A stretch of 64,000 nucleotides of DNA from Opitutaceae bacterium (GCA_051252375.1 JBPOFY010000006.1:1-64000); one strand, 5' to 3'; positions 36,890 to 49,245 are shown, numbered from the stretch's first letter. A program made the numbers and translations. Notes: generated by a model from the letters alone, not told the origin.

Positions 36890-38563
36890 ATGTTATCTTG
36901 TAAAGAATTGTCCGTTGAGATTGGCCCCCAGAAGGTGCGCATCCTTGATCGTGCAACTGCACAATTTAAAGGGAATGCCTTGAATGCTGTGATCGGTCCG
37001 TCGGGTTGTGGTAAGACTACTTTGGTCAAGGCGATGCTAGGCATTTTACCGGGCGAGGGTGAGGTCTATTATGATGGTGAAGCCATTCACGACAGTGCTG
37101 ATTTTCAAGGTAAACTTTCTTTTGCGCCTCAGTTCAGTATTGCGCACGAGTTATTGAAGGTGGAAGAGGCCTTGCGCTATGCGTTGGATCTTTGCGTGGT
37201 TGATACGACTGTCAAAGCCGAGCGCTTGGAGGAAATTTTGCGCCGCACGGGCTTGACTGAACACCGCGAAAAACGAGTGGATAGTCTAAGTGGTGGTCAA
37301 TTGCGACGACTCGGCTTGGGGCTGGAGTTGGTGGGTGATCCGCAAACGATGGTTTGTGACGAGGTGACTAGCGGCTTAGACCCTCGCTCTGAGGATCAAA
37401 TCCTGACTGTGCTTCAGCGCTTACGCGATGATCGGGCGAAGAGCTTTATTTGTATTATTCATAATTTAGCCAAGCTGGAGTTCTTTGATTGGATTACAGT
37501 CGTATATGAAGGCGATGTCGTTTTCCAGGGCACCTTGGATGCACTGAATGCCTATTTCAATATTCCCGATGCGCTCCACCTTTATGACCGACTGAACGAG
37601 CAACCGATTAATGTGTGGCGTCAGCGTTGGTCGGAGTCCAAGCAAACCGCTGAGAGTGCGGAAGAGGTGCCACCACCGGAGCCCGGAGCTGCACCAAAAC
37701 TATTAGCAAGACCCAGCGCGCTGAGTCAGACACTGACATTACTGCGTCGTAAAGCGGTTTTATTTAAGCGCGATCGTGGCTATTGGTTACTCACCTTGGG
37801 CATCACCTTGGGGTTTCCATTGCTTGTGACGATCTTCGCGATGGATGGCTTACCGCAGCTGCGCGGTATGGCGATGAACTCGGCGGGCGGCTTTTTGGAG
37901 CAGATGCAGGATAATTTGCGCTTTCGAATCGACGCGTTGGAAACGGCATCGTTGGTCACGGGCTTGATTCTCTTTCAGGTGATCTTGTTGACCTTGATGG
38001 GCAGTAATAATGGTGCCCGTGAGATTGCTGGAGAGCGCGATCTGTATGAAAAGGAACGTTTTGCCGGCTTGAATCCACATGCTTACGCAACGAGCAAATT
38101 GCTCTTTACCTCAGCGATTGCCTTGGGGCAAGGGGTGTGGATGACGCTTTTTGTGAAGTTGATTTGTGAGTTTCCCGGGCCCTGGATGCCACAAACGCTG
38201 ATCTTGATCTTGAGCTGCGTATCGATGACCGCGGTGTGTCTTGGTTTCTCTGCAATCTTTAGTTCGGCGGACAAGGCTTCATTGCTCTCGGTCTATTTGG
38301 TCGGCTTTCAGTTGCCGTTATCGGGGATCGTGTTGGCTTTGCCCGATGCTTTGGTTTGGATCTGCCGCCCCTTTATCAATGCATATTGGGGTTGGGCCGG
38401 ATATTTTGGCTCGATGATAGAGACTCGATTCTATGATGCCTACCGCTTGGAGACCACGGAAGCAGTCCCCAGCCCGACGATGGCAGTCATCGTCTTGCTT
38501 TTGCATTTTATGGTAGGTGCGGCTATGGTGTTTTGGGGTTGCCAGAGAAAACGCTGGGTTTAA
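36890..38563 (+). CDS. ABC exporter with fused ATPase and ABC-2 membrane domain (ABCG-like)
   Basis: [26 protein letters not shown]; about six C-terminal TM helices; [14 protein letters not shown]. Confidence 0.92.
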   Translation: MLSCKELSVEIGPQKVRILDRATAQFKGNALNAVIGPSGCGKTTLVKAMLGILPGEGEVYYDGEAIHDSADFQGKLSFAPQFSIAHELLKVEEALRYALDLCVVDTTVKAERLEEILRRTGLTEHREKRVDSLSGGQLRRLGLGLELVGDPQTMVCDEVTSGLDPRSEDQILTVLQRLRDDRAKSFICIIHNLAKLEFFDWITVVYEGDVVFQGTLDALNAYFNIPDALHLYDRLNEQPINVWRQRWSESKQTAESAEEVPPPEPGAAPKLLARPSALSQTLTLLRRKAVLFKRDRGYWLLTLGITLGFPLLVTIFAMDGLPQLRGMAMNSAGGFLEQMQDNLRFRIDALETASLVTGLILFQVILLTLMGSNNGAREIAGERDLYEKERFAGLNPHAYATSKLLFTSAIALGQGVWMTLFVKLICEFPGPWMPQTLILILSCVSMTAVCLGFSAIFSSADKASLLSVYLVGFQLPLSGIVLALPDALVWICRPFINAYWGWAGYFGSMIETRFYDAYRLETTEAVPSPTMAVIVLLLHFMVGAAMVFWGCQRKRWV

Positions 38564-38605
38564 CCCTTTTCTGCAACTATTGATAACATTTCCCGTTTCA
38601 TATCT

Positions 38606-38995
38606 ATGCCCCTATCTTTACACAAAACTGCTGGTAAAATACTGCCGCTCTTAATTGTAGGCATTGTCCTCTTGATTGGGGGCGCTGTTTATTTTCTGAA
38701 GAAAGGCAGTGCCTTCTCAAATTTAGAGCCTCTGCCAGCTGAACAATACCTGAATAAGCCAGCCGACTTTTTAGGTAATGATTATGCCATCCGTGCGCAG
38801 ATTGATTCGCAGATCAATTGGCAAAAAGGGTTGGGGCGTATTTTAGCGGTTACACCAGAAGGCAGCTCGATGCGTTTGCCAGTGTTTGTGCCGGAAAGTG
38901 TCGGCGGTAATATTCATATAGGGCAACGCTTTGAAATGCGTGTTCGAATCGAAGAAGGAGGGCTGATCTATGTTGAAGCGTTACGTAAGTATTAG
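38606..38995 (+). CDS. Hypothetical membrane-anchored protein, possibly OB-fold
   Basis: One N-terminal TM helix, short beta-rich body. Confidence 0.75.
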   Translation: MPLSLHKTAGKILPLLIVGIVLLIGGAVYFLKKGSAFSNLEPLPAEQYLNKPADFLGNDYAIRAQIDSQINWQKGLGRILAVTPEGSSMRLPVFVPESVGGNIHIGQRFEMRVRIEEGGLIYVEALRKY

Positions 38996-40898
38996 TCTAG
39001 GGTTGTCGGTCGCATGTCTGGCCGTCTCAGGGCAGGGGATGCCATCATCGCCAACACCTACAGCGCCCGTTGCTCAAATGGGTGGCTCTGCGCCAACAAG
39101 TGGTCTCTTTGAGAGCAATACCTTTTTGGAATCTGCAAACCGAGTGTTTGATCCAAGCAGTGATTCGATGGATTTTGAGGATGGGAGTTTTGTCTGGAAG
39201 GGACGCTCTTTTAATCTGACCGAGCAACGTGCATTCCGTGCGCGTTTCGAACGATTCCTCCTGTCTTCACCAAGTGATGATGAAGAGCAGTATGCGCAGT
39301 TGATGGACGACATTTTAGATCGCTTATCGGTTGCAAACAACAATACCGACGAGGCAATGTTTGATACTTGGGAACTCCTGTTTCGTGCTTCACGATTCGA
39401 GTCGGATGGTGGCAATAGTATCGTCCTAGCCAATCAAGTGTTCAACGCTTGGCGTATTCGTAAGGAAAGCCGAGGCACTGCTATGTCCCAGCGTGAACTC
39501 GAGCAAATCCGTGTAACACAGCAAGAGATTGTGGCCAACCGTGCCTCTACCTTGCGCCGTATTCGTGAAAATCGCTTAAAGCAAACCAGCGTATCGAATC
39601 GCGACGAGAACGAGACTAAAGTCGATCCCGATTCTGCACTGACTTCGGAAGACGCTTTTCGCGCGTTGGACTTAGCTGAAACCGAAGCAAAGATTGTGGC
39701 CCTCGAAGCACAGACTGCACTCACTGGCATACAGGCAAAGATTCAGTTCCAGAGCCAAATCGTCAGCTTCTTTATGCAGCGCCGTTTTCAGCACGCTTTG
39801 ATCTTGTCGAGTTTCTATCAGCTGATCTTTAAAGGATCGCAGCAACAGCTTGAAGTCGGCAAAGACGAATTGACCGCCTTCTTCCCGAATTCCGATCTGA
39901 CTTTCACAGTCGATACGATGTCATTCATATCACGTGAGGCGATCAATGATGTAAACAAGGGCGTCGAATCAGTGAACTCAGCTTACGCCGAGGAACGCTC
40001 GATGATTGCGCTCGAACGCTTGCAGGAAACATTCTTCCTTGGCGAGTATTTGCCTGAGTTGAATCGTATACCGACTGAGCAACGTCGTCATATGTTGGAC
40101 CTATACCGAGGTATGATTGAGGCCGGTGAGTTGGCCGAGTCGAAGGACTACGCAGGAGTCGGTGAATTGGTTGATTCTATTTCCCAATTGGCAAAGGATT
40201 TTCCAAAGTCTCGTATCATGTCTAGTTTAGAATCCGCCAAGAGCGCGAGTGACATGGCAGTATTTGCAGCCTCTCAATATCGAAATTTAGGAGATATTGA
40301 TCAGGCTAGAGCCGAACTCCAAACTGCGATGGAGATTTGGCCTTTAAATCCTGCTATCCGCGATTTTCAGCAAGAAACTACGAAATTAGCCACATCCAGT
40401 TCTCAAGGTGTTCAGGTGTTTGATGATCTGATGAAGCGCGAAGATGCCCGCGGCATTTACGAGCGCCGCTTGGAACTTGGTTTTGCACTGTCTGATGATG
40501 AAGCCCGTCGCCCATTACTTCTGGAAGTTGTCGATCAAGTGGCTCGTATTGAGTTGTTGGTCAAACAGTCGGAGGAATTGGTGAAGCAGGGGAATCCATA
40601 TGCCGCTTGGGAAATGTTGGCTGAGGCTGCGAAGATCGGTCCTGACGATGGTCCATTGAATCGTGCACGTGCTGACCTGGCTCCACGAGTAGCCGACTTT
40701 GTTCGCTATCTGGATCGGGCCGACCGTCAAACGGAAGACAGTCAATACGCCGCCGCTTTGGCTGCTTATTTGATGGCGCAGGATGTCTATCCAGCTAGCC
40801 GACTTTGCCGAGAAGGTGTGGATCGCACGGCCGCTTTGTTGATGTCCGTCCTGGGTAAGAATGCTGCTGCAGTGGAAGTGCCTGAAACGGTGGAGTGA
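38970..40898 (+). CDS. Hypothetical exported alpha-helical/TPR-like protein
   Basis: Signal peptide, coiled coil, TPR-like segments ([20 protein letters not shown]); overlaps the previous gene by 26 nt. Confidence 0.8.
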   Translation: MLKRYVSISLGLSVACLAVSGQGMPSSPTPTAPVAQMGGSAPTSGLFESNTFLESANRVFDPSSDSMDFEDGSFVWKGRSFNLTEQRAFRARFERFLLSSPSDDEEQYAQLMDDILDRLSVANNNTDEAMFDTWELLFRASRFESDGGNSIVLANQVFNAWRIRKESRGTAMSQRELEQIRVTQQEIVANRASTLRRIRENRLKQTSVSNRDENETKVDPDSALTSEDAFRALDLAETEAKIVALEAQTALTGIQAKIQFQSQIVSFFMQRRFQHALILSSFYQLIFKGSQQQLEVGKDELTAFFPNSDLTFTVDTMSFISREAINDVNKGVESVNSAYAEERSMIALERLQETFFLGEYLPELNRIPTEQRRHMLDLYRGMIEAGELAESKDYAGVGELVDSISQLAKDFPKSRIMSSLESAKSASDMAVFAASQYRNLGDIDQARAELQTAMEIWPLNPAIRDFQQETTKLATSSSQGVQVFDDLMKREDARGIYERRLELGFALSDDEARRPLLLEVVDQVARIELLVKQSEELVKQGNPYAAWEMLAEAAKIGPDDGPLNRARADLAPRVADFVRYLDRADRQTEDSQYAAALAAYLMAQDVYPASRLCREGVDRTAALLMSVLGKNAAAVEVPETVE

Positions 40899-40950
40899 TT
40901 TAGTTTATTTCGTTACCCGTCTCGGTCTGCGGTAGGACGAATTTCAGGAG

Positions 40951-41181
40951 TTAACGCGCTCTTTCACCGTAGAGAAATATCCGATCGCAGCCAGCGCATT
41001 TATAGCCACAGACGTCACCACTGCGTGGGACCTTTCGATTGATCATAGATGGCTTCGCGCTGATTGACGCAAATCCTAAGGTTACGTGGTAGCCAGTAGG
41101 GTTGGTAGAGTCCAGTAGCCGAATTTTAGCCAAGTTGCCGCCACAGTCAGGGCATAGCTTTGTGTCTTTTGGTGTGCTCAT
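40951..41181 (-). CDS. Small zinc-ribbon protein
   Basis: CPDC and CAGC pairs; 76 aa. Confidence 0.65.
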   Translation of the reverse strand: MSTPKDTKLCPDCGGNLAKIRLLDSTNPTGYHVTLGFASISAKPSMINRKVPRSGDVCGYKCAGCDRIFLYGERAR

Positions 41182-41211
41182 ACTAGTTGTGGGTTGGAAT
41201 GTGAGACTGTG

Positions 41212-41589
41212 CTAACGAATCTGGGATTCGTAGGTATTGTTTAATAGATCGAATAAATTGCCGTCTGGGTCGGCGATGGTGACCACTCGACCTCCCCATG
41301 ACTCGTCGCGCACTTCGCCGTTGAACTTCACTCCTTTTGCTTTCAACGCTGCATGAAGGCTGTCGACGTCTTTAACGTAGAGTTGAAGCCCTGAATGTGC
41401 TCGGTTGAATGGTTTTTGCCATTCGTAGAGGTGGATGCCAAAGCCTTTCACGTCAAAATGTGCAAAGCGTGAAAAATGGTCAGTGCCTTCTTTGATGATT
41501 GGGAGACCGAGGAGGTCACGATAAAAAGCTACGGAAGCCTCAAAGTCTGAGGCAGGAAAGGCAACAAATCCTGCTTTTTCTATATGCAT
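41212..41589 (-). CDS. VOC/glyoxalase family protein
   Basis: FYRDLLG, VKDVD, WGGR..DPDGN. Confidence 0.9.
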   Translation of the reverse strand: MHIEKAGFVAFPASDFEASVAFYRDLLGLPIIKEGTDHFSRFAHFDVKGFGIHLYEWQKPFNRAHSGLQLYVKDVDSLHAALKAKGVKFNGEVRDESWGGRVVTIADPDGNLFDLLNNTYESQIR

Positions 41590-41720
41590 GGCAATGTCGT
41601 AGAATGGGGAATCTTAAGCCTTTGGTCGAGGGATAATACGAGAGCTGAAAGATATTTGGCACTCTTTTGGAATGAGGATTGCTCTCACGCTAAACATGCT
41701 TGGACTACAGTCCTTTTTTT

Positions 41721-44162
41721 ATGGTTAAAATAATCAACAACATTGTTCATGCATTCTGGGAGTCTGGGGATAGCGGAATTGTCATTCTAGGTAAAAACTG
41801 GACAAGCACGACTAATTTGCCGCCACTTTCACTGGGCCCAGTAAATCGCGCGTTTCGTAAAATTGAGCGTATCACTGCACAGGAGTCGGGTCGCTTTTAT
41901 CGCTATTATCGCAGCAAGCAGAGCTGGATCTTTACGATTAACTCGAGGCGCCATCCACAACTGCTGGACTCTAAGGTTCGAGTCTTTGTCGGTGGCGATT
42001 TCAATGGATGGGCGGATGCGATTGATCAAACTGAGTGGGAATTGAAGCCTGTGGCAGACTCACCGGATTCAGCGACTTATGAATTACGTGTGCCAGTAAA
42101 GGCACTGCCTGCTAAGGGTGTGTCAGCGTTTAAATTTGTGACGGAATCGGGCGATTGGCTGGATGTGCCGGATAGCGCTCCGAATCGTGTTTCTGATCCT
42201 ACGGGCGCGGCGAATTTTGAATTCAATCCCGCATGGACGGGGAAGCAGATGTTTCGCTTCTATTTACCTGAGGGCTACGAGCCCGTAGGCAATGAGCGTG
42301 TGGTCTGGAGTGATTTTAAGGGCGAGGAAGTCCACGAGTTGCCACATACTCAGTATTTGACGACCGCCGGGACAGATCTCGAATTGGGCGCGAATGTTGA
42401 AGGTGAGCGCACGACTTTTCGTTTGTTTGCACCGCGTGCAGAAGGCGTGGAAGTTGTCTTTGGTCAAAAGGTCGATGCATCCGATGCTGAGCATATCCAA
42501 ATGAAATGCGTGGACGGTGTGACTTGGGAGACCGTGATCGCAAAGAATCTGGACGGCTGGTATTACTCCTTCCGAGTGAAGGGGAATACTAAAGAAGGCA
42601 CTTCTCACTTTGATTCAACTTTTCCGATTCTCGACCCCTATGCAAAGGCCTGCCTAGGGCATAAGGGACCGGGGATTGTGGTGGCGCCTGAGCGTATGCC
42701 AAAGGTCGCCGGGCCATACCAGCCGCCATCTTGGCACGATTTAATCATTCTCGAAGGTCACGTTCGTGACTTAGCGGCGCATGCGCCGATTGACTTGACC
42801 GTGGAAGAGCGCCGAGGTTATGCAGGTCTACGTAAGTGGCTGAAAGCCGAGGGCTCTTATTTGAAGGAGATGGGGATCAATGCGATCGAGCTGCAACCAA
42901 TTCAGGAGTTTGATAACCGTAAGACCGAAGATTATCACTGGGGCTATATGACGGTGAATTACTTTTCGCCGGAAAGTAGCTATGCCAGCGAACCCGAAAA
43001 GGCTTCGCAGATCGAAGAGTTTCGCGGACTCGTGCAAGACTTTCACGATGAAGGCATCGCTGTGATTGTGGACGTAGTTTACAACCACGTTGGTGAGCCG
43101 AATCATCTGCTCTTCGTCGATAAGTATTATTACTTCAATCTCGATGAAGCCAATGATTTGCTCAACTGGAGCGGTTGTGGAAATGACCTTCGCTGTGAAA
43201 CGCCGATGGGGCGTCATTTAATTATCGAGAGTTTAAAGCATCTCGTTGAGACCTACGATATTGATGGCTTCCGGTTCGATTTGGCCGAACTGATTGGTGT
43301 CGATGTCCTGAGTGAAATCGAAGTGGAGCTGAAGAAGGTGAAACCTTCAGTGATTTTAATCGCTGAGCCATGGAGCTTCCGTGGTCATATTCAGGACGAA
43401 TTGAAAGAAACTGGCTTCGCTTCGTGGAATGATGGCTTTCGCGAATGTATCGCAGACTATGTCTGCGGAGAGAGCAGTCAGGAAACGATTCAATATTTCC
43501 TTTCCGGTTCGCCGAGCAGCACGCGTTTCGTGGCGCAGACGATTAACTACACAGAGTCGCACGACGATCATTGCTGGCTCGACCGCATTACCGAGCGCCC
43601 TGATCACAACGGAGGCGATCCCACATCGCTGGACCGTCGTCGCACGCACTTGATGGCTGCGGTGCTATTCACCTCCTTGGGTGTGCCGATGCTTGCAGAA
43701 GGGCAGGACTTCCTGCGCTCGAAGCGTGGTATTTCAAACACTTACCAGCTCGGCGATGTGAATGCGCTCGATTACAATCGACGCTATGTATTCTCCGGCA
43801 CACATGGTTACTTCCGGGATTGGATCCACTTCCGTAGATCTGATGCAGGGCGTCCATTGCGCTTCGATGGTGGTTTAACCGAAGGCTACTTAGAGTTCTT
43901 TTTCACTGAAGGATCCAGCGCGGTGATCATGTTGATCAATGCGGACAACTCGCGTCCGGGTGGTCAGCTAGTCTTCGGGCTCAATCCACATTTGGAATAT
44001 GCCAACATCGATTGCCCGACGGTCACTGCACGCTCTTTGAAACAGATCGTGGACCAAGAGCGTTTCGATTTGGATGGCCTCAAGTCGGCTCTGATTCCGT
44101 TGACCGATCATTCGATCCATCTTCCGCCACTCAGTTGTGGGCTCTGGCAAGTGGTTGAGTAG
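41721..44162 (+). CDS. GH13 pullulanase/glycogen-debranching-like enzyme with CBM-like N-terminal domains
   Basis: [32 protein letters not shown] and FRLFAP modules. Confidence 0.9.
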   Translation: MVKIINNIVHAFWESGDSGIVILGKNWTSTTNLPPLSLGPVNRAFRKIERITAQESGRFYRYYRSKQSWIFTINSRRHPQLLDSKVRVFVGGDFNGWADAIDQTEWELKPVADSPDSATYELRVPVKALPAKGVSAFKFVTESGDWLDVPDSAPNRVSDPTGAANFEFNPAWTGKQMFRFYLPEGYEPVGNERVVWSDFKGEEVHELPHTQYLTTAGTDLELGANVEGERTTFRLFAPRAEGVEVVFGQKVDASDAEHIQMKCVDGVTWETVIAKNLDGWYYSFRVKGNTKEGTSHFDSTFPILDPYAKACLGHKGPGIVVAPERMPKVAGPYQPPSWHDLIILEGHVRDLAAHAPIDLTVEERRGYAGLRKWLKAEGSYLKEMGINAIELQPIQEFDNRKTEDYHWGYMTVNYFSPESSYASEPEKASQIEEFRGLVQDFHDEGIAVIVDVVYNHVGEPNHLLFVDKYYYFNLDEANDLLNWSGCGNDLRCETPMGRHLIIESLKHLVETYDIDGFRFDLAELIGVDVLSEIEVELKKVKPSVILIAEPWSFRGHIQDELKETGFASWNDGFRECIADYVCGESSQETIQYFLSGSPSSTRFVAQTINYTESHDDHCWLDRITERPDHNGGDPTSLDRRRTHLMAAVLFTSLGVPMLAEGQDFLRSKRGISNTYQLGDVNALDYNRRYVFSGTHGYFRDWIHFRRSDAGRPLRFDGGLTEGYLEFFFTEGSSAVIMLINADNSRPGGQLVFGLNPHLEYANIDCPTVTARSLKQIVDQERFDLDGLKSALIPLTDHSIHLPPLSCGLWQVVE

Positions 44163-44300
44163 GGCGGTATAGTGAATGTAGCCGCGTCAGTCTCCTGACG
44201 CGTTCCGATCTCCTCGGTTTGGTCGTAGACTTAGTTCAGAGATTGCACTTCGTGAAGTCGTATATTTATGTGGTTTGAAATAACCCATAAATATACGACT

Positions 44301-45596
44301 ATGAACTTTAACTTATTGCACCCTCGCGACCAAATTGAACTGACGATCGCCCGTATTTATCGTCGCTATATGACCACGACTTCAGGTGGTAATATTTCAG
44401 TCCGGACCGATAAAGATGATGTATGGATCACACCAGCGCGTGTAGACAAGGGAAACTTAAAGCGTTCGGATATGGCACGTGTCAGCCTCGCGGGTGAACA
44501 GCGTGAAGGTCCGCATCCACCTTCATCGGAATGCCCGTTCCACCTTAGCATTTATAACGTGCGCCCTGATATCGGAGCCGTGATTCACGCGCACCCAGGT
44601 GCCTTGGTGAGTTTCAGTATTTGCGGGCAAGTGCCCAATACGAAGGTGTTTCCTGAGGCGTGGAATGTTTGCGGTGAGGTTGCGTTTGCGCCGTATGCTT
44701 TACCCGGCAGCCAACAATTAGGTGACTCCATTGCAGAACAATTTGCCGCTTCCAAAGATACCATGTGCGTTGTAATGGAAAATCACGGTGTGGTGGTTGG
44801 AGGCGTTGACTTGCAAGATGCCTTCAAGCGTTTCGAGACCTTAGAGTTTACTGCACGAACAATCTTACAGGCATGTAGTTTGGGAGCATTGCAAACACTC
44901 AGCGGTGATGATTTGAAGAAGTCGATTAAGGCTTCGTTTCCTGAGATGGCAGGGGAGCCTAATGTTCCCTGCGATCGTGAGCGTGAACTACGTAAAGAGA
45001 TCTGTGATTTCATTCGTCGCGCATACTCGCATGGTTTAGTGACCAGCACTTGGGGTAGTTTGTCGGCGCGAATTGATGAGGAGAGCTTTGTGATTACACC
45101 AACTTGGAACGACCGTGAGTATCTCACGATGGAGGACTTGGTCGTCATCCGTAAGGGCGTATGCGTAACTCCCGGTAAGCCTAGTCGTGCGGTGCAATTA
45201 CACGCGGCGATTTATGAGGCATACCCTGAAGTGGAGTCGGTGATGAATGCTTTGCCGGCAAGTGCGACCGCTTTCTCTGTCAGCGACGCCAAGTTAGATA
45301 CTCGGACGATTCCTGAAAGTTATTTGTTTTTGAAGGATGTGCCGTTGATGCCTTTTGCAGAGCTAATTGAAACGCCTGAAAATGTAGTCAACTACGTGGG
45401 TCCAGATAATCCTGTCATGCTCTTGCAGCACAATGGTGCATTGGTCGCAGGTCGTTCTGTGTTGGACGCCTTTGATCGCCTAGAGGTTCTCGAAGCCACT
45501 GCCGGCGCGATTATTCAAAGCAAGCCGCTCGGCGAAGTCGCTCCGATGAGTGATGCCGTGATCGATGAATTGGTGAAGGCGTTCGGTCGGGTTTAG
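44301..45596 (+). CDS. Tandem-domain class II aldolase/adducin family protein
   Basis: TTSGGNIS..PSSE..HAH..NHG, then a second copy TSTWGSLS..PS..HNG. Confidence 0.88.
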   Translation: MNFNLLHPRDQIELTIARIYRRYMTTTSGGNISVRTDKDDVWITPARVDKGNLKRSDMARVSLAGEQREGPHPPSSECPFHLSIYNVRPDIGAVIHAHPGALVSFSICGQVPNTKVFPEAWNVCGEVAFAPYALPGSQQLGDSIAEQFAASKDTMCVVMENHGVVVGGVDLQDAFKRFETLEFTARTILQACSLGALQTLSGDDLKKSIKASFPEMAGEPNVPCDRERELRKEICDFIRRAYSHGLVTSTWGSLSARIDEESFVITPTWNDREYLTMEDLVVIRKGVCVTPGKPSRAVQLHAAIYEAYPEVESVMNALPASATAFSVSDAKLDTRTIPESYLFLKDVPLMPFAELIETPENVVNYVGPDNPVMLLQHNGALVAGRSVLDAFDRLEVLEATAGAIIQSKPLGEVAPMSDAVIDELVKAFGRV

Positions 45597-45624
45597 GTGT
45601 TGGCTAGTTGGCGCGAACTAGGAG

Positions 45625-45816
45625 GTAGAGGCGTTCGTCCCGAACGCCATTACAGTGTTCTCGCCGATTGGGATGCGTGGTTCAAACGTATGGCGATGGG
45701 GACCATCGCCGCTACCTTCAGACGCTAAAGGTAGGGGCGTCTGCTCTCAGGCGTTCGAGGCTGAAGAACATATCGCGGACGTCTGAGGGCAGACGTCCCT
45801 ATCAAATACGCACATA
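45625..45816. repeat. Two adjacent REPIN-like doublets
   Basis: GGTAG hairpin ... hairpin CTACC; 45721-45816 has a paralog at 61112-61208. Confidence 0.75.
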
Positions 45817-48800
45817 CTAGCCAACCATTTCTTCAACCAAGGTCTTCATCGCGCGGAAGTCTTGCTTGCCTGTGCCGAGCATGGGCAGGGTCTCGACGCG
45901 GCACCAATCTTTTGGGTTCGGTTTCCAGAGATTGGGCAGGTCGATGGTTTGCAGCTGTTCGCGAATGTTCTCTTCGCTTAGATCGAATTGTGTGATGAGC
46001 ACGCAGATCTTTTCACCTTTCTTGGCATCTGGTATCGCAACGACCGCCAGTTGATTGGGCTCCATGTTGAAGGATTCGCGCAACGATTCTTCGATCGCGC
46101 CGTGCGGGATCATTTCGCCGCCGATTTTACTGAAGCGTGAGAGGCGACCTGTGATCGCGAAGAATCCGTCGGCGTCCATTAGTCCGATGTCGCCAGTATC
46201 ATACCATCCATCGTGGAGCACTTCCTTAGTGAGATCTTCGCGGTTGAGGTAGCCGATCATGACGTTCGGTCCTTTCACGCAAATCAAACCTTCTTCGCCG
46301 GGTGCGAGTGGTTCACGTGTCTCAGGGTGGACGATCTTCATGGCGATGCCAGGTAGAGTGCGTCCGAGACGGTCGCTGCGGTTGCCGGTTTCTTCAAGGG
46401 TGTCGACGATGACATTGGGCAGGCTGAGCGCGCAGACCGGCGCTAGCTCGGTAGCGCCATAGCCTTCGAGTGGGCGTATGCTGAAACGTTTCTCAAAGAG
46501 ATCGCTGATGCGCGGTTGTAGTTTTTCGGCACCAGTGAAGACGTAGCGGAGATTCGCGAATTGCTCGGGTTTAACTTTGCGTGCGTAGGCGAGCAAGAAG
46601 CTGGGTGTAGTGAGAAGGAGGGTGGCTTTGTAAGTCTCGGCGAGTTTGCCGATAGCTTCACCTTCCAGTGGATTGGTGTGGCAGGTCGTGGTGATGCCTG
46701 ACAGCAGAGGGAACCAGAGTGTCGCGGTGTAGCCGAAAGAATGGAAGAAAGGCAGCGCTGTGAGCATGACATCCTTGCGTTTCGGTGCGAGCACGCTGCG
46801 GAACGAATCGATATTTGAGAGCAGGTTATGATGGCTGAGCATGATGCCCTTTGGTTCGGCAGTAGAACCACTGGAGAAGAGCACTGTGGCGAGCGCATCT
46901 GGATCGATGGTGCCATTGACTAGGCGCTTCATCGGCGTGAGGCGGGCACGAATGGCAGCACGTCGTTTATCGCTCGATGTGAGATTGGCTAGTAGATCTT
47001 CGACGTAGAGCACATTCTCCGGTAGAGGCATATCAGGGAAACGCTCGAGGAACTTACGCGCTGTGATGACGGTGCGAATCTCGCATTGTTGCATTGCCGA
47101 CTCGATGCTTGCAGGTGCGGCGGTGTAGTTGAGATTGACGGCAACACGGCTATCTAACGTCAGTGCGATATTGCTGAGCGCTGAACCCGAACCTGGAGGT
47201 AGCAGAATGGCGATCTTTGATTCTTCCGTATGGCTTTGTTCCCGTATTCGGTCGCGTAGCAAGAGACTGCCGATCAGAAGTTCGCCGTATTTTAATTCGC
47301 GACCACTGCTATCTGCGATGGCTAGCTTCTTCCAATTCTCGCGAGCAGACTCGATAAACTGTAGCCCGAGGTGGCGTTTCGAGTCTTTCAGCATCTCGAA
47401 GGACTGGGTGGAGAGCTCGTTGACTGCTTGCTGAACTTCAAAAGCTGTGGAGGTGGATGGCATGTGATCGCCGTAGTGTAAGCTTACGGGGTAGCGTGGC
47501 TCGCTGAAGATCTTGAGCTTTGGTTTGCCTTGATGGTAACTAGTTAAGCTGCCCCAAACGCCGCCGATGTAGGCTGGAATGATCGGGTAGTCGGTGCCTT
47601 TCACGATACGCTCGAAACCAGGCTTGAAAGGACGCAACATACCCGTGCGAGTGAGGGCGCCTTCCGCGAAGATGCAAACTAGGTAACCTTCATCGAGGGC
47701 TTCGCGAGCTGTCTTTAGTGATTGCAGCAGCTTCTTCGGGTTGTCTGCCGTATGGATGAGGATGACATTCGCTAGGTCGGCAATTCTGCGAGTCAACCAA
47801 CTGGCTTCTTCGTAGTAGGCGCGTGACATGAGCATGCGGACGCGTCGTTGCTGGCTAGAGGTGACTAGAATCGCATCGAGCATGCTGACGTGGTTACAGA
47901 CGATTAGTGCGCCACCCTGAGCAGGCACGTTATTTAATCCACTCACTTTAAACTTATAGCAAACCCGGGTGACGAGCATGCCAAGGAAACGGGCAAAGAA
48001 GTCGGGCAGAATCCATACGCTGGCGATGGCGAGCACACCAAGAAGAATGGAAAGCATGAGAAATCCGTTTTGTGCGGTCCAATCGAGAATCGAAGAATTG
48101 AAATACAGTAAGCCGCTGGCGATGAGGATGCCCAACCAGTTGAGAAAAGAGTGGGCGGCTTGAATCGCGCCAAGGCGGTCCTCCGGGCTGCGGTATTGAA
48201 TGAACGATTCCAAAGGAACTATGAAGAGACCTGCGCCTAATCCGATGAACAGCATGCAGATTGCGGCAAGCGTTACGTTGCCATGGGCTAATGTGCCGAG
48301 AAGGAAAAGATTCAAACTCATCAATCCTGCACCGATCGGCACGATACCAAACTCAATCGAGCGACCGCTTAACCATCCGGCGAGGGTGGAGCCCGCTCCG
48401 ATGCCGATCGCAGTTAGCAAAAAGAGGCGAGTCGCCTTTTCTGCACTTAGATCAAGGTGCTCGAAGCCATAGTCCAATACGTTTAATTGAATGAACGCAG
48501 CTGCGAGCGAGAAGACGGCGAGGGCAATCACTGCCAAAGTCATGAAGCCGTCTTTGCGAATATACCCAAAACTTTTATAGACCGATGCAAAACCATTGAG
48601 ACTTAACTTACGAGTGGGGTGCGCTGCCGTGGGTTCAATTTTCAATGCAGCGATAAAGCCCAGTGCCGCGATGACTAAGCAGATACTAGCTGCGAGACTG
48701 AAACGACCTTCGACTAGGAGACTTAGCTCCGGTGCGAGTACGGTGCCCGATATGATCGCCAAAAAGGTGAAGAGTTGAATCGCGCCATTGGCTTTCGATA

Positions 48801-49215
48801 GACGCTCGTTGCCGACGATCTCAGGTAGAATGCCATATTTGCATGGTCCAAAGAACGCGCTTTGAGCAGACATCAAGAACATCGTGGTATAGAGCAATGC
48901 CGGGATCTTCATCGAGAGTGCCAACACGCCGAAGCTCATGACTGCGATTTCAACCACCTTTAATATGACGATGAGTGAGCGCTTGCTGAACTTGTCAGCA
49001 AAGTTGCCCGCAATCGGAACGATCAGTAAAAAGGGAAGGGCAAAGACGAGACCGACTTTGGCCAGAATCGTGGCGGATGCTTCAGGACCGCTCCATGCAA
49101 TCAATGCATAGATCATTAGCAGCTTGAAGATGTTGTCATTCATCGCGCCACCAAACTGAGTGAGATTGTGCCACCAGAATGTTTTAGGAAGCGAGGTGTT
49201 GGGTTGTGTGCTCAT
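45817..49215 (-). CDS. aas: Trifunctional MFS (LplT-like) + acyltransferase + acyl-ACP synthetase
   Basis: MFS TM helices, NHVSMLD (HxxxxD), [31 protein letters not shown]. Confidence 0.92.
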   Translation of the reverse strand: MSTQPNTSLPKTFWWHNLTQFGGAMNDNIFKLLMIYALIAWSGPEASATILAKVGLVFALPFLLIVPIAGNFADKFSKRSLIVILKVVEIAVMSFGVLALSMKIPALLYTTMFLMSAQSAFFGPCKYGILPEIVGNERLSKANGAIQLFTFLAIISGTVLAPELSLLVEGRFSLAASICLVIAALGFIAALKIEPTAAHPTRKLSLNGFASVYKSFGYIRKDGFMTLAVIALAVFSLAAAFIQLNVLDYGFEHLDLSAEKATRLFLLTAIGIGAGSTLAGWLSGRSIEFGIVPIGAGLMSLNLFLLGTLAHGNVTLAAICMLFIGLGAGLFIVPLESFIQYRSPEDRLGAIQAAHSFLNWLGILIASGLLYFNSSILDWTAQNGFLMLSILLGVLAIASVWILPDFFARFLGMLVTRVCYKFKVSGLNNVPAQGGALIVCNHVSMLDAILVTSSQQRRVRMLMSRAYYEEASWLTRRIADLANVILIHTADNPKKLLQSLKTAREALDEGYLVCIFAEGALTRTGMLRPFKPGFERIVKGTDYPIIPAYIGGVWGSLTSYHQGKPKLKIFSEPRYPVSLHYGDHMPSTSTAFEVQQAVNELSTQSFEMLKDSKRHLGLQFIESARENWKKLAIADSSGRELKYGELLIGSLLLRDRIREQSHTEESKIAILLPPGSGSALSNIALTLDSRVAVNLNYTAAPASIESAMQQCEIRTVITARKFLERFPDMPLPENVLYVEDLLANLTSSDKRRAAIRARLTPMKRLVNGTIDPDALATVLFSSGSTAEPKGIMLSHHNLLSNIDSFRSVLAPKRKDVMLTALPFFHSFGYTATLWFPLLSGITTTCHTNPLEGEAIGKLAETYKATLLLTTPSFLLAYARKVKPEQFANLRYVFTGAEKLQPRISDLFEKRFSIRPLEGYGATELAPVCALSLPNVIVDTLEETGNRSDRLGRTLPGIAMKIVHPETREPLAPGEEGLICVKGPNVMIGYLNREDLTKEVLHDGWYDTGDIGLMDADGFFAITGRLSRFSKIGGEMIPHGAIEESLRESFNMEPNQLAVVAIPDAKKGEKICVLITQFDLSEENIREQLQTIDLPNLWKPNPKDWCRVETLPMLGTGKQDFRAMKTLVEEMVG

Positions 49216-49245
49216 ATTTTGTGTGTTGATGGCGCAATCCTCTAC

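Noticed and set aside
41657..41672. sigma54 promoter before the GH13 gene
   Set aside because: TGGCAC is present but the -12 element reads TGGA and lacks the conserved GC
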